Assembly (NCBI GenBank): GCA_013265495.1
Contig: MU058844.1
Coordinates: forward strand, 9,692,184 to 9,756,183
Source of the DNA: Vicugna vicugna
Taxonomy: Eukaryota
DNA length: 64,000 bases
Reading direction: 5' to 3'
Below, one piece after another: positions 38,515 to 52,319 of this stretch. The notes beneath the pieces are model-generated. The model ran no database searches. It was not told the DNA's origin and worked only from the letters and a program-made list of their open reading frames with translations. The translations under genes were made by a program, and so were the position numbers. Within the stretch, counting starts at the first letter, position 1; each line of letters starts with the position of its first letter.

Positions 38515-38606
38515 CATGCAGATGCATCTTTTAAAAGCTTGACTACATCCTTAACTCTAATACAGAATACAAATTATAATTACTCTTTAAGACAACATCA
38601 TTTCAT

Positions 38607-39283
38607 ACAGTATGGAGATTCCTCAAAAAACTAAAAATAGACTTACCATATGACCCAGCAATCCCACTCCTGGCCATATATTCAGAGGGAACTCTAATGC
38701 AAAAAGATACCTGCACCCCAGTGTTCAAAGCAGCACTATATACAATAGCCAAAACGTGGAAACAACCTAAATGTCCATCGACAGATGACTGGATAAAGAA
38801 GTTGTGGTATATATTTATACAATGGGGTACTACTCAGCCATAAAAAGAATAAAATAATGCCATTTGCAGCAACATGGATGGACCTAGAGATCATCATTCT
38901 AAGTGAAGTAATCCAGAAAGAGAAAGAAAAATACCATTTGATACCACTCATATGTGGAATCTGAAAAAAAGAGGACCCTAACTCATCTACAAAACAGAAA
39001 CAGATTCACAGACATAGTAAACAATCTTACGGTTCCAGGGGGAAAGAGAGTGGGAAGGGATAAATTTGGAAGTTTGAGATTTGCAAATGTCAGCACTATA
39101 TATAAAAATAGATTTAAAAAACCAAATTTCTTCTGTATAGCACAGGGAACTATATTTAATACCTTGTAATAACCTTTAATGAAAAAGAATATGAAAATGA
39201 ATGTATATGCATGACTGGGACATTGTGCTGTACACCAGAAGTTCACACACTGTAACTGACTGTATTTCAATAATTAAAAAAAA
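38607..39283 (+). mobile_element. 5'-truncated LINE-1
   Basis: ORF2 end plus 3'UTR and A tail; degenerate TSD ttaagacaacatcatttcat (38587-38606) / ttaagaccgcagctttcat (39285-39303). Confidence 0.93.
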
Positions 39284-39321
39284 GTTAAGACCGCAGCTTT
39301 CATGGCAAAGGCTGTATGTAC

Positions 39322-39388
39322 CTTTAATATCCATGGTTATTCTCATCTGAACATTTGGCCCTGCACCAGCACTATTGATTGCATAAAC
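39322..39388 (-). CDS. PTPRQ: PTPRQ exon, 67 nt (end of FN3)
   Basis: tttcag| acceptor; VYAINSAGAGPNVQMRITMDIK; donor AG|GTACAT; phase 0 to 1. Confidence 0.95.
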
Positions 39389-40419
39389 CTGAAAAACAAA
39401 CAAAAAATCTTACTACTATTTTCAAATTATTGCATTTGTGTTTATATAACTGATTATGATTATGTATAATTTTAAAATGATTTAACTTTTAAAAACAATT
39501 CATATAGCTTGTTAATTATATTTTCTTACACTCATTTAAATGAATAGAATATATGGAGGAAGAGCATTAGCAATAAAGTAGTTCTTCCAACCGATATCAT
39601 GGTATTAAGTCCTGAGAACAAAGGCTGAGTGATCTAAACAGCCCTATCAAAGAGACCAGGAAAGGATATGGCTTCAATTTGAACCCGTAGGAGGAAAGAG
39701 CAGGAAAGCTCCAGTGTCCACATCTCTCTTCATCTACCCTAACATCTGTTCCTTCTCTCTGTAGCTAGGTAACTCTGGCTTCCTTTAAATCCATATTCAA
39801 GACCCTCTTTTTTCCTTCTCTGAGATGAAACCCTACTCCTCAGCCTCCCAGTTTTCCTGTATTAAATCATCCCTCTGAAAGTTGGCCCCTATGCCCTTCT
39901 TCACCCCTGCTCCAAAGTCTCTGACGCTACACCCTGCAAAATGCAGCATATACACATAAAGCATTTCTGTTTGTATCTGCAGAAGGTGGGTGATTTACAC
40001 AAATGTGAATCCTTTCAATTAACTTGGGGCCTAGGAAGCTGCAGACACAGACTCTTCTTTTATTCACTTTATCTTGCTGTATAAAGATTATATTCTTGGC
40101 CAATTTCATTGTACTTGGTAAACCCAATTCAGAATATATCTTTATTAGAATTAACCAATTTGTTTCATACATCGGTGGCCAACCCTCCACCCTGTGGATA
40201 CTTTGGAAGTGTTCTGATTGATTTAAAATGATAATAATATACGTGATGTGGTAGAGTAAATAAACCAAGCCCATAACATGTAGTTTAAAAACATCTAAAG
40301 GAAATATTTATTGGCATATGTAAATTTCTAAAAGGAAGTATTCAAAATGAAAAGTGATGTTAGGAAGTACGTAATTATTTTTATTTCTTTACCACCTAAC
40401 ACTTAAATGAGATGGTGGG

Positions 40420-40570
40420 CAGTGCTTCTCAGGGAGCAGTGAGCAAAGAAGTCACCTGCAAACCCTGTTAAGCAAAGATCTAGGTTTTGATCCAGTAGGC
40501 TGGGACAGGTGCGAAAGCTATGCATTTCTAATAAACTCTCAGATGTTGAGGACACTGTACTTTGCAAACA
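40420..40570. mobile_element. MER5-like hAT DNA transposon
   Basis: cagtgcttctca...cagtaggctggg...tgcatttctaataaactctcagatg. Confidence 0.65.
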
Positions 40571-40699
40571 ATCAGGAGATTTATTTAGTTTTCTTTAAAT
40601 TATGATTTTGTTATAGTTTATTTCCTGTTTTTCTTCTTTTGTTTGCAAGAGCCAGAATTGTTACAACACTATACCTGCCATATCTATTAATATTCCGTA

Positions 40700-40830
40700 T
40701 AGAAGCTCCTGTTCCTATTACTCATCTTTCAGATAAGGAAACTGAGGCACAGATTTGAGGAAACTGCCCAGACAGAAAGTAGCAAAGCCAGGATTTGAAC
40801 CTAGGTCAGTTCATTCTCTCAACCCCTACC
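40700..40830 (-). mobile_element. MIR SINE
   Basis: cagataaggaaactgaggcacaga...ccaggatttgaacctaggtcag. Confidence 0.8.
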
Positions 40831-41651
40831 TTCTCTCTAACAGATCTTTCACAGTGGTGGTCCATTTAATGGTAGCAAGAATCCTCGCAAGGTCAGATTA
40901 TGTGATAAGATATAAAGTAAGTGAGGAAAAGAACACAAATTGTTAATGATAATGTTCTGGTATAACTGTAAAGAGTTAGTAGGAAGATTAGTTCTTAAGC
41001 TACTTGAATATTTAGGGTGAATTCTGTGTCGTTTAAAAGATGATTTTCTGAATTACATAATTCTATCTGAACACTCCAAGACATGTTACAAAAATAGTGA
41101 AAGGATGAAACAAATTGTATGGGTGTGTGTATCTTGTGTATGTATATGAACTCACATACATATTTATTTTACAAAATGGATAATTTTATAATGAAGATAC
41201 AAAATCGTGTTAGCTTTTAGTAGTAGCTGTGTGAAATACATGGGAAATTTGAATCATATAAGTAGTTATTTCTGCCCTTTGCCTTTGAAATTTGGTTTTC
41301 CATTTGTAATCACATTGAAACAGTTTTCCTTTAAGCAGAACTCTGTCTTTATAGAACACTGCTCTTTAATTTTTACCATGGATTTTCTTTCTACTTCATT
41401 TTATTTTTGGACTTCTCATATAATTGTGCAAACATTTTTTGTTATTTACATATTTTCACAGGACATACTGTATTATAACAGGAAATCCAAAGTTTTGTTT
41501 CTCAAAATCTATTTTCAGTTTGCATGTCTTAAATGAGCCCACAAAAAGATTAGAAAAATAGAGTGAGTACCTAAGCTGTGGTGTTTTGAATGCTGTGTGC
41601 GTAAATAAACTCTGTAAAATTGAGGAATAATTAAAAGCTATGGATACTTAC

Positions 41652-41896
41652 ACTAATGTTGTATGTCTGTCCACCTTTTAGTCCTTCCAACACTGCAATG
41701 ACAGATGTGTCAGTTTTCTGGATGATGCTGAGGTTGTGAATCTGGACAGCAGTAGGATCATCTTCTCGGTAAACCAAAGCTTGATAGACTTGGATATTTC
41801 CATTGGGTTGAGAAGGAGGAAGAAATGTTAACTGAAATTTTGTAACTTCATCTGGTATCTTCTGAAATGTCATGTTGTTAGGTGCATCCTTAGGGA
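41652..41896 (-). CDS. PTPRQ: PTPRQ exon, 245 nt (FN3)
   Basis: tttcag| acceptor; [82 protein letters not shown] (overlaps ORF 41631..41873); donor |GTAAGT; phase 1 to 0. Confidence 0.97.
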
Positions 41897-42169
41897 CTGA
41901 AATGAAGTATTTAGCAATTAAAAAATTTTAATTTGTATTCATTTTGATCTTCATATAAAACTTACTTGCATCTAATTTCTGTTTATAAAGAGTATTACAC
42001 AGACTATTTAAACCACATACATCATGAAAACAAGCAAAATATCTGATGCCTTGTAGAATCACTGACAACTACAGGTTCACAGAAACCATTAACAGTGATC
42101 CAATTTATTTGCTTATGTATTTAGTTTTTTATATGTAGTTATTTTTATACAAAATGCATTTCTATGACA

Positions 42170-43190
42170 CTCTGAACTTAAAAAAGTAATGTAGACTCAC
42201 AGGAAGTTGCCAAAATCATACATACAGTCCCCTGTAACTTTCCCCCAGCTTTCCCCAGTGGTGACATCTCATATAACTGTGGTTTAATATCAAACCTGGA
42301 AACAGATACTGGTACAATAATGTTAACTGTAGACCTTATTCAGATTTCACCATTTTTCATGCTTTCTTGTATGTGCGTGTGGTTCTGTGCAATTTAATCC
42401 CATGTATGTAGAGTCCTATAACCATCAGCAGAAACAAGATACAAAACTACTCCATCACCATAAATAAACCTCCTCTTGCTCTCCCCTTGTATTTGCCTCT
42501 TCACAACACTAATCATTCTCCATCCCCATGGTTTTGTCATTTGAGAAAGACCATAGCACAATGACCTTGAGGTCCACCAGGGTTGGAGTATATACATCGA
42601 TAGTTCATTCTATTTTGATTGCTAAGTAGTGTTCTGTCTTATGGATGTACTAGAGTTTGTTTAATCCTATAGAAATATTTGGGTTGTTTCCAGTTATTCT
42701 GTTGTTATTTTTATTGCTAATAAATCTGCTGTTATCATTCATACACAGATATTTGCATAAAACAGTTTTCAGTTCTCTGTGGCTGTTGCACAAGAGTGTA
42801 ATTGCTGGATTGTGTGGTAAATGCATGTTCAGTTTTATAAAAGATTACCAAACTATTTTTCCACTGTGGCTATACACTTTTAAATGTCCATTAGCAATGT
42901 ATGAGAGATCCAGTCTTTCTGCATCTTTTCCAGCATTTGGTATTATAACTATTTTTAAAATTATTATTTTATCTGTTCTATAGATGTATAGCGATATCCC
43001 GTTGTGATTTAATTTGCATTTTCCCAATAGCTAATGGTGTTGAAAACCTATGTTATCATGAGTTTGTCAGTCACATTTCCTCTTTGGTGAAGTGCCTGTT
43101 CATGTTCTTTGTTAATTTTCTAATTGCATTCTTTTTAAGTATTAAATTTTAAGTTTTTTTATATATTCTAGATATTCCAGTTTATTTTTG
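42170..43190 (-). mobile_element. Old L1M (L1MB/MC-like) 3' region
   Basis: gactcacaggaagttgc...ccccagtggtgacatct...; degenerate ORF2-end peptide in ORF 42845..43027. Confidence 0.75.
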
Positions 43191-44398
43191 ATAAAAAGTT
43201 ACCTTAACATATAACTAGCTACATATCAATAAATTATTAGAAAAATGATAGACATGAGGATAAAATTATTTTAAAAATATAAGAGCTGGTTCTTGTTATG
43301 CTACATAATTTGGGTTCTTTAAATAAATGACTAGTTGAATGAATATAGCTATTTTGATCACATTGAAATGGATATATTCTTCCTTCATGAAAAGGCTGTT
43401 AATAGTTGGCTGTCAATTGGTAAGATATTCAGATATTCTTACAAACATCTCTAGAGATAGTGCCCTGTGGCAAGCGAAAAATAAGTAAATAACTGAGGGG
43501 AAAAAAAAAGAGAGAAAAGCAGATAAACATGTTATTGTGCCAAATCAAAGTGAAAAAATGCATACTGGAATAAAGGTTAAATTGGTTCAACACACATTTT
43601 CACAACATTTGCTGTTATACATTTTTACGATGCATAAGAAATATATATATTTTTTATTTTTGTAAGAGATGTTTCTCCAAAATTAGAATCAGCTTTGAAG
43701 TTGATCATGTGTAAGAATTTTTGGAATGCTAGGAAGAACTTCCTATCTTCCAAATATCTTTGGTTTTACACAGAATATTCTACTGTTAGAGGTTCAGTAA
43801 AAAATTTTGAAACTATGATATCCTTGGAAGAGGCAGCACATTAAGATTTGCAGTCAGCACTTCATGGTATGAATGTGAATAAATTCAGCAGCATCGTTCC
43901 TCACAGACAGAACGAAGGAGCGGTGCAAAAAGTGTAATAGAAAAACAGGTGCCTGGAATATACATGGCCACAGAATGGAAACAAATGGAATTTTAGGGTG
44001 CTGAGGATAAGATGTACCTTTCCACTGAGAACCTTAAGTTTATAGACAATTGAGTACATAGCGTAATGAAAAGACTAGCTAGAAAATATTCTTACCTCCT
44101 ATACTTACCTAACAGATAGCAACAAATAAACTATAGCAGCACATCCCTTCATGTGCTCTTTCCAAAGATATACCTGGTGGCCAAGACCATCAGGAATCTG
44201 AAGGAGGACGGGGCAAGCGAGCTCTGAGGAGCTGACTTTCCACATTAAATCCTATCGCTTACAACCTTATTATTCGTTCAGACCCTGCTCATAGGAACTT
44301 GAGGAAATCTGTATGGATTGTGACATTTATCAAAAAGATCATATAATAAAACATGTCACTCAACTAAGTGAAGAAACGGATATGGTAAACAGCCTGGG

Positions 44399-44438
44399 TT
44401 CTAACCATACCACCCTGAACGCGCCCGATCTCATCTGA
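44399..44438 (+). pseudogene. 5S rRNA 5' fragment (about 40 nt, 3'-truncated)
   Basis: ccataccaccctgaacgcgcccgatctcatctga matches 5S rRNA CCATACCACCCTGAACGCGCCCGATCTCGTCTGA at 33/34. Confidence 0.88.
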
Positions 44439-44827
44439 ATTCTAGAGTTTTAATAATAGAGTATTATTACTTTAATGTGTCTTTAAACCATGGGACAGAA
44501 ATAATTAAAATGGAATATTTGGTGAATTGGAAAAATCAACTATGAGGCAAGGTAAGTCAACTTCTGAAATATCTAGTGTTTAAAAAAGTGCAAAAAAGGA
44601 CCATTGGGTACCTTATTATAAACTACTTCTGAATTTACAAGTATTGATTCTTCTACATAATTCCACTTTGCCTCACTTTTGTCAATCACCGTGAGTCACT
44701 GAATTTCATATTTACGTACTTTAAAAGTTTCTCATAACACATACGCTTTTTAGGGTAGGGTATGAGAAACTGTAAGAAAGACACCTAACTCAATCAGTTT
44801 TTAGCAATGACGAAAGATATGCCTTAC

Positions 44828-45014
44828 CTGATTCTAAAGTAGTAACCACCACTTCATCACTGGACTTTCCTTCTGCATATGCGGTGCTGATATTTCCAGT
44901 GAATGCAGTGATCACCACGGAATACCTTGTGAATATCCTTAAATCTTTAATTTCTATGGTTTTATTTTCTTCATTTGACTTGATTAAGGAAATATTAAAT
45001 TCATCGCTATCTAC
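44828..45014 (-). CDS. PTPRQ: PTPRQ exon, 187 nt (FN3 C-terminal half)
   Basis: ctgtag| acceptor; [62 protein letters not shown]; donor AG|GTAAGG; phase 0 to 1. Confidence 0.96.
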
Positions 45015-45310
45015 CTACAGGAAAAAATAGCTAACAATGAAAGGAAGCAGCACTTGAGATACAAATCACTAAAACATGATACTAGAAAGCTACACGTGGT
45101 ATATTTTTGGAGCCAATATTTAAAATTTCTTTTTTTTACAGTCAGATGGTCCTGGGAAATCTAAAGTGCTACTTTAACAGTTTACTAATTAGCAGTTATT
45201 TCAACAATTGAAAGTAAAAGAAAATTAACCAATGATAATCAGAGCAAACAAAACTCATCTCTGCAGTCAATGAAAACTACTCCAATGTTTTATGGAACAA
45301 AGAATATAGG

Positions 45311-45752
45311 GGTTTTTTTTTAATTGAAGTATAGTCAGTGTACAATTTCTGGTGTACAGCATAATGTTTCAGTCAAACATATATATATATATATATTCCT
45401 TTTCATATTCTTTTTCATTTTAGGTTACTACAAGAAACTGAATATAGTTCCCTGGCCATACAAAAGAAACTTGTTGTTTATCTATTTTAGTAGTAGTTAA
45501 TATCTGCACATCTTGTACTTCCAATTTATCCCTTTGCACCCAGTAACCATAAGTTTGTTTATTATGTCTGCAAGTCTGTTGCTGTTGTGTAGATAAAAAA
45601 GAATAAAATAATGCCATTTGCAGCAACATGGATGGACTTGGAGATCATCATTCTAAGTGAAGTAAGCCAAAAAGAGAAAGAAAAATACCATATGATATCA
45701 CTTGTATGTGGAATCTAAAAAAAGAAAAAAGAAGATATTAATGAACTTATCT
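45311..45752 (-). mobile_element. LINE-1 with inverted 5' segment (twin priming)
   Basis: polyT plus minus-strand 3'UTR (45311-~45596), then a plus-strand segment (~45597-45752); perfect 14-bp TSD acaaagaatatagg at 45297-45310 and 45753-45766. Confidence 0.92.
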
Positions 45753-47280
45753 ACAAAGAATATAGGTTTTGGTACCCAGTCATCAAGGGTTCAAATCCCA
45801 ACTTGATCACTTAATAACTCCTGTAGCATTTGATAGGTCATTTATTCTCTCTGTGTTTTACATTCTGTGTATGTAAGATTGAGGTGATAAGATCTATTTA
45901 TAGCAATTTGATGAGATTTTAAAAAAACAGATCTAAAGTAGCTAGCACAGAAATTTGAATTTTTTTTACCATGACCCACAAAAATAAAATATATTTTGCA
46001 ACATAATTCAGGATATTCTTTATAACTAAAAACCACTTTTCAGGAATACAACTTTCTGAAATGCAATTTGATATTTCCTGCTTTTTTTTTTAACCTTACT
46101 CCAATTCATTTAAAAAATGCTGGCCATGACTGAAGTTTGAAAAACTGATCTAGCACCATGCATGGAAATAAATAAGGAATCACTAATCAATGTATATGTC
46201 ATAATTATTAAATGTACACAAGTGAGGATCCTTAGGTGTATTAAATATAGTAATATAATGTATTAAAACACAGTCTGTCTTTGAGAGAGAGTGTGGCCTA
46301 TTCACTGTAGGGATTAAACATAACTAAAGTTTCTTAATAGAAAGGCTTTTCCTGAGATGAACAACAGAAAATTCAAAATCTTATTATGCCTGCTTCTCTC
46401 AGGTACCTAACTTGAAACACTTAAAAACAACTTGGCTACACTGTCCTCACTATCAAGTTCATTTTCAACTTGACACTCTCTCATAATTTTGAAACAATTT
46501 TTTGTTGCTGTTCAATATGTTCTTCAAATGTTCTAAGAGCTTTTTTTAAACAACAACAACAACAAAAAAGATGTTGCTATGAGAATACAGCAAAAGGCTG
46601 ATAAATGATATCAGCCTTGCAAAAAATCAAACAGAGCAAACCATGAACCATCGTAAGACAGCACAGTGGAGAGAGATGTTCCCCTTTTCAAGGTGGCAGA
46701 GAAACAATTAAGCAAAGAAATCCAATTAATCAGGTGTATGGATCTCCTGGGAGAAAGTGTGTGTATATTTCACTCATTGTCAACATCTAAATATCACATA
46801 CAAATCTGGCTTTTTAAATTGCCCCTAAGACTAGGCTTATCTTCATGCTTGGTAACAGTTATCTAGAGATGAATGACAGGTAACTCATTTAAGGGGACAG
46901 AGATGTCCAGTTCATCACTGCCCCACCCAGTTAGCTTCATTTTGACTGCTCTTTTATGTTACTCGCCTGACTACTACAGCTATTTCAACTCTGATTTTGG
47001 CTACCAGTTGGACAACTTCATCAGTGAGTGCCTAAGTTAACGCCACCATGCGATTCATAGTACCATTTCTTCCCTCGTCAACCCCCAGCCCCCAAATTGC
47101 GCATTGGGTGCAAAGAGTTAAGAGAAACACTTCCATCCTCGAGATAGCTCTGTGACACACACAGAACTCTTTATACAACCCCAAGGTCACTGTGCCTGAC
47201 CTCATAAAGTAAAATTAAATTTTCCAATGCCTTCCATTGAAAAATGGATAATGAATAGCAAATAGTAAAATATGAAATAA

Positions 47281-47444
47281 ACAAGTTTATACTGTAAAGC
47301 ACAGGGAACTATATTCAGTATCTTGTAGTAACCTATAATGGAAAAGAATATGAAAATGAATATATGTATGTATATGTATGACTGAAATATGCTGCACACC
47401 AGAAATTGACATTGTAAACTGACTATACTTCAAAAAGTAAAAAA
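47281..47444 (+). mobile_element. Short LINE-1 3' end
   Basis: L1 3'UTR; TSD taaaatatgaaataa (47266-47280) / taaaatacgaaataa (47445-47459). Confidence 0.9.
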
Positions 47445-47529
47445 TAAAATACGAAATAATGTGCATGTGATCTACTATATCTTAAAAAGTATATTGTAAA
47501 ATCCAAAAAGAATGCTGAGTCCTCAAATA

Positions 47530-48650
47530 CAACACGTGCAAAATTTCATTTTCTTTCTTCACTAAGCCTGTTACCTTTCTTGTCATCAACCATTATTTAT
47601 CCACTTACCCAGGACTGAAATCTTGGACCTTTATGACCCATCATTCCCCTTCAATCAATTCCAGATTTCTTTGCTCATATTATATTTGATCATCTATTAT
47701 TATAATTATGAAATGTCTCCCTTTTTTTTCTGAAGTGCCATTGCTTTCCAGTGGCCTCTTATGTAAATGTTTATATCCCCAGGATACTGTCCTCAGGTTA
47801 GTTCTTACAGAAGAGTTTCTTACTCTACATGTTCCATAGCTAATCTCATCTACTCACATTATTTCATCTATCATCTAAATGCCAACACTTCCCAAATCTG
47901 GAAATATGAATTTCCTCTCCTGAGCAACAGATCCATATACAATACTGCTAATGTAGTATCTTAACCTGGAGGACACCCAGGCATCTTCAACTCAGAGCAT
48001 CTAGTACCAAATTCATTCCTCTCCCCTACAAATCTGTTCCTCCTTGCAATTTTCCAAATCATGAATCTTAAATTCACCCTTGATTATTCCTTTCACTCAC
48101 TAACCACATTTTTTTCCACCAAATCCTGTCCATTTAAATTATTTTTCATTCTGTTTCTCTCACTCCATTTCCTCTGTCCCTATCTTTCTTCTTTCTTTAC
48201 TCTTACAGTTTCCTGTCTCCTTACTTGGCAGTCCCAGGACTGCTCTAAAACTATCCTCTACAATGGAACCATACTGCTCCTGTAAAATAGAAATCTGTAT
48301 CCTACTACTGCTTTAATTCCACAGTTGGCACCCACTGCCTTTACCACGAAACCTACCTCCTGATCCATCCTTCGTCCTTCAGTCTTCTCCTCCTGAATGC
48401 TTTACAGAGGATTCCTGAACTACTTGCTTTACTTTGAATGAAGCTACCTTTTCACACTTCTAGTACCATCTACTTTTCACGTTCTGCTTCAGTTATTTTC
48501 AAGATTAAGACTTAATGTTATCTATTTGGAAGGTATTTCTCCTAATGCTTTCTCCCTTCTCCTTTTGTATTGAGTTCTTTTTTTTTTCAACTGTATTTTA
48601 AACCAATATATCAGTACCAATTTAACCTCTTGTTTATATACATCATCTAT
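47530..48650 (+). mobile_element. Degenerate L2 fragments
   Basis: ctatcatctaaatgccaacacttcccaaatct, caggcatcttcaactcag, aaatcctgtccattt. Confidence 0.55.
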
Positions 48651-48679
48651 ACCCTGAGGATAAATATAATAATAACCAT

Positions 48680-48920
48680 GATAATATTTTATTTACATTT
48701 ATTAACACTTGGTACGTGTCAGGCAATGTTTTAAGTTCTTTATGCACGTTTACTAACTTAGTCCTCAGAAAAATCTCCGTCCCCGGGGTAGTGTTATCAA
48801 CCTTTATTTTACAGGTTAACCCAGAAGGTTAAGTAAGTTGCCTAAGGTCTAACAGAGTTGAGATTAAAATTCAAAGTCTGGTTCTGAAACCTATGTTCTT
48901 AACCACGCTCGATACTGCCT
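48680..48920 (-). mobile_element. MIR SINE abutting a PTPRQ donor site
   Basis: gtgtcaggcaatgttttaag...aggttaagtaagttgcctaaggtc...gttcttaaccac. Confidence 0.7.
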
Positions 48921-48936
48921 TTTGCAAATGCCTTAC

Positions 48937-49058
48937 CGATTTGACGTCTATCAGATAGAAGGTGGGCCCAGTAATGACAGCAGGTTCACTCCAGCTGATG
49001 TTGATGCTAAAAGGTGATGTTGCTACTACATACACATTTTCAGGAGGGCCGTCTGGAG
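48937..49058 (-). CDS. PTPRQ: PTPRQ exon, 122 nt (FN3 N-terminal half)
   Basis: tag| acceptor; [41 protein letters not shown]; donor G|GTAAGG; phase 1 to 0. Confidence 0.96.
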
Positions 49059-52000
49059 CTATGCAAATAGAAAAAAATCAATTACTTTGCTACATGTAAG
49101 CTAGCATTTGCCACAGTACAATGATAGAAAAGACCATAAAAAGATAATCATAATGAATTAATTATACATTAATTTATAGTTCACAGCATGCCAAAAGGCA
49201 TTTGCAAATCAAAAGATGTAATTTCTTTCAAAATAATTACTATACATAAAGAACTTCCACATGAGAAATTAATGATTTTTAAACTCAAAATAACATTTTG
49301 AAAAAGAAACCATTACTATTGCTAAAGTAAATCTTTTTAAACAAATAAATATTTTTATTTTTAAAAAGTTAGACTAACAACGTTGTTTTAAGAAAACTTG
49401 CAGACACATATTTGCCTACAGAAAAGTGAAACTGGTTCAGGTGAATTATATTTAAAATTTATTGTCTTACAAATGTAAATTGGCTTGGTTTTGATTTCCC
49501 TGAGGTGGTAGCACAGGAAATAAATTATACAACTGATCTGATTATTACAAATGTAAATATTTCCTGAATTCATTAAGATTCCAAAAAAATTGTTTAATTT
49601 GTCTTACTTTTATTATTGTCTTTTCATCAAGAGTACAAAATAAGAGTCAATATTTTAGGGAACCAAGTGCTGAAAACCCTTGTTTAAATTTCAATTTGTG
49701 AAGCTACCAGGAATTAGAACAGTTTTCAGTATGTTAAGAAGGATTGAGTCACAATTAATTCGACACAGACATTGACCTAGAAACACTTAGGTCACACCTC
49801 TCTGTCCTAGTGTGGCCCTTTGTCAATTCCAGGGACATTAAATATTAGGAGATTAGTATTTCCCAGTATTTCTGATTTTTAAATCCACATGAACAAATAT
49901 TACTAAACAATATTATTCCATAGATCCCAAGAAGGTGTAAAGAAGATACAATATTCCTTTTCTCAAATCATTTATAAGAGCAGTAAGTTGTGTGATCTGG
50001 GTCAAACAACAAAACTGCGGGACCTCAGTTTCCTCCTTGTGTGCACATTTCACAGTTAAAAAGAATTACAAACACATAATGTGTGAAAGTGGCCGGTTAG
50101 CTTAGTGTTTGGCCCGTTTTTTGTCAATTAATGCAAACTATTACAATAAAGGGCAAAGTAAAGATAAGAACTAATTGGAAACATAAATAATCTATCATGA
50201 CAAGGCAGAGGATGAAGTGGTGGGTCTGGGTGGGCGGGGAGTCAAGGTAAAGTTGCAGAGAGGAGATGGAGACTGAAGAGGCTTTGAAACATGAGAAGGA
50301 TTTCAATAATCAGAAGGCTGGCTTGGGGGCACTTCTTTGCTAAGAGGGTTATACGCAAAGCCACAAAGACATAAACAACAGGGTCCGCCGACAGACAGAA
50401 TTTTATTTCTGCAGAATGGCTTTCCATGGTAATCTTACGTTTATTATTTTATACACTCGACACTATTACTCGAGGAAGGGGTCCACACACTTTACCAAAC
50501 TGTCAGAGGAATCCATGGTACAAAAAAAAATATTCAGAATCCCTAAATTCAAGGAACAGAGACATCAAAGGCCAGCATGCACGGAGGGACAGAGTAGGCA
50601 ACAAGCCTCAAGGAGTCACTGAGGAATTAAGTTAGGCACTTGATTTTTATGTTAAAGGGTTTGAGGTTCATTCTTTAAACAGTGGGATGACACTGAAAGT
50701 TTTGAATAGGGAAGTATTTTTCTAAAGATTTAGGAAGAAGTCTCAGCTTGCTATGAAATAGGCAAGTGCTCGGAAGCACTGAGTCCAGATAGGCTACTTC
50801 CTGAAAGCCAGCTGACATCTGATGATCCTCAAGCAGCACAGTGACAGTCGGGAGAGACTGGAGGAGATAAATCCCACAGTCATTTAGAAAATGTTAATAA
50901 AATGGACTTAAGCACTTATTAAACATGGCATAGAGGATGTAGTAAAGGCTAATTCATGTTTGAATCCTGGGAGAGTGTTGACAGAGCAACGGCAGCACAT
51001 TCAGGGACAGTTACTAGGTTGGGTAGGGGTTAGGCTATGGCAGGAGATGATAAATTTGGACCTGTGATCATGAAACCTGAGATACTCACAAGGATGGAGA
51101 TGCCTACCTGGCAACTGGAAAGATGAACCTAGAACTAGGAACACAGGTCGAGATGGAAAAGGGTTTAAAATTTTTTCAGATAATTCTTTACAAATTGGGA
51201 TAGTATAAATACAGCAAGTGTATCTGATTCAGGTGAGTCACATGCTCTGAAGAAAGCCAAAAGGTTTATCTCAACAGCAGGTAGGTATTTAAGATGTTAA
51301 TACTAGTGACAGTCTTTGAACTATGAATGAGTTATTGGTATTAGAATGTTTCCAAGAGCGATGATATTATGTGTTTTGGATTTGGGATGCCCAATTTAGC
51401 CCATAAAAATATATTGTAAGAGTAGGCTTGAAATAACTTAAAGTAGTACTCAAATATCACTATAGAGGTATCTAGCAAATACATATGAGAAAGTTTCTGT
51501 GGGAAAATGCCTTTGGGGTGACAAACATTCTTCCTGCTTGAACCTTTTCTGACTTTTGTGCAGACCTCTGAACACTGACTCAGAGATCCAGTCCATACGT
51601 CATCCAGAGGAGAGCAGGGAGGGGATGTTCCAGGATTCAGAGTTGTGATGAGCTGGGAGGTGTTAATAATGTTGACAAAATTGGGTACATGATTTCTCTG
51701 GTGACTACTATAGAAAAGGTCATGGAATTTCAGCACTTAAACAAACGCTGCATATCCTGAGATGATCGGTCTTATTCTAATTTTATGATCCTAGATTTAT
51801 GAAAACTGTCTCAAATTGTAGCGTAATTCACTTAGATACAAATGAGAACCATGAGAGGTCTCCTGCCACCAATATAATTAAGTGCTTTTGGAGGGCCTCA
51901 CAGAATAACTCTATACTCTTTCCTTTCCAAACTGGATATTGAGATGTTCAGGATCAGGTACACCATGACTGATCATTATTATGTATGTGCCTATGGAGAA

Positions 52001-52319
52001 AACAGCTTTGAAAAATCAAAGATGTTTTGTGGGTTCCAATGGCCTATCTCCTGCCTTTGACTCTGTAAAAGGAGATGGGCTAGAAGCTAAGTAGAATTTT
52101 ACATTAAGGCATTTATTAATTTTAATAATATTCTAGTTATTTACCATTTATGAATATTTTTGCCAAAGCTGCCTTCTAGCTCTGTAAGAACCATTGTGGA
52201 GACAAAGAATTTTCTGACAGGCCACACATTTCAGGTGGTATGAGACAGGAAACTATTTTAGCCTACCTTTCTCTTTATTTCTACCCGAATGTTCTGTTGG
52301 CTTCTCAGTGAAATTGGTG

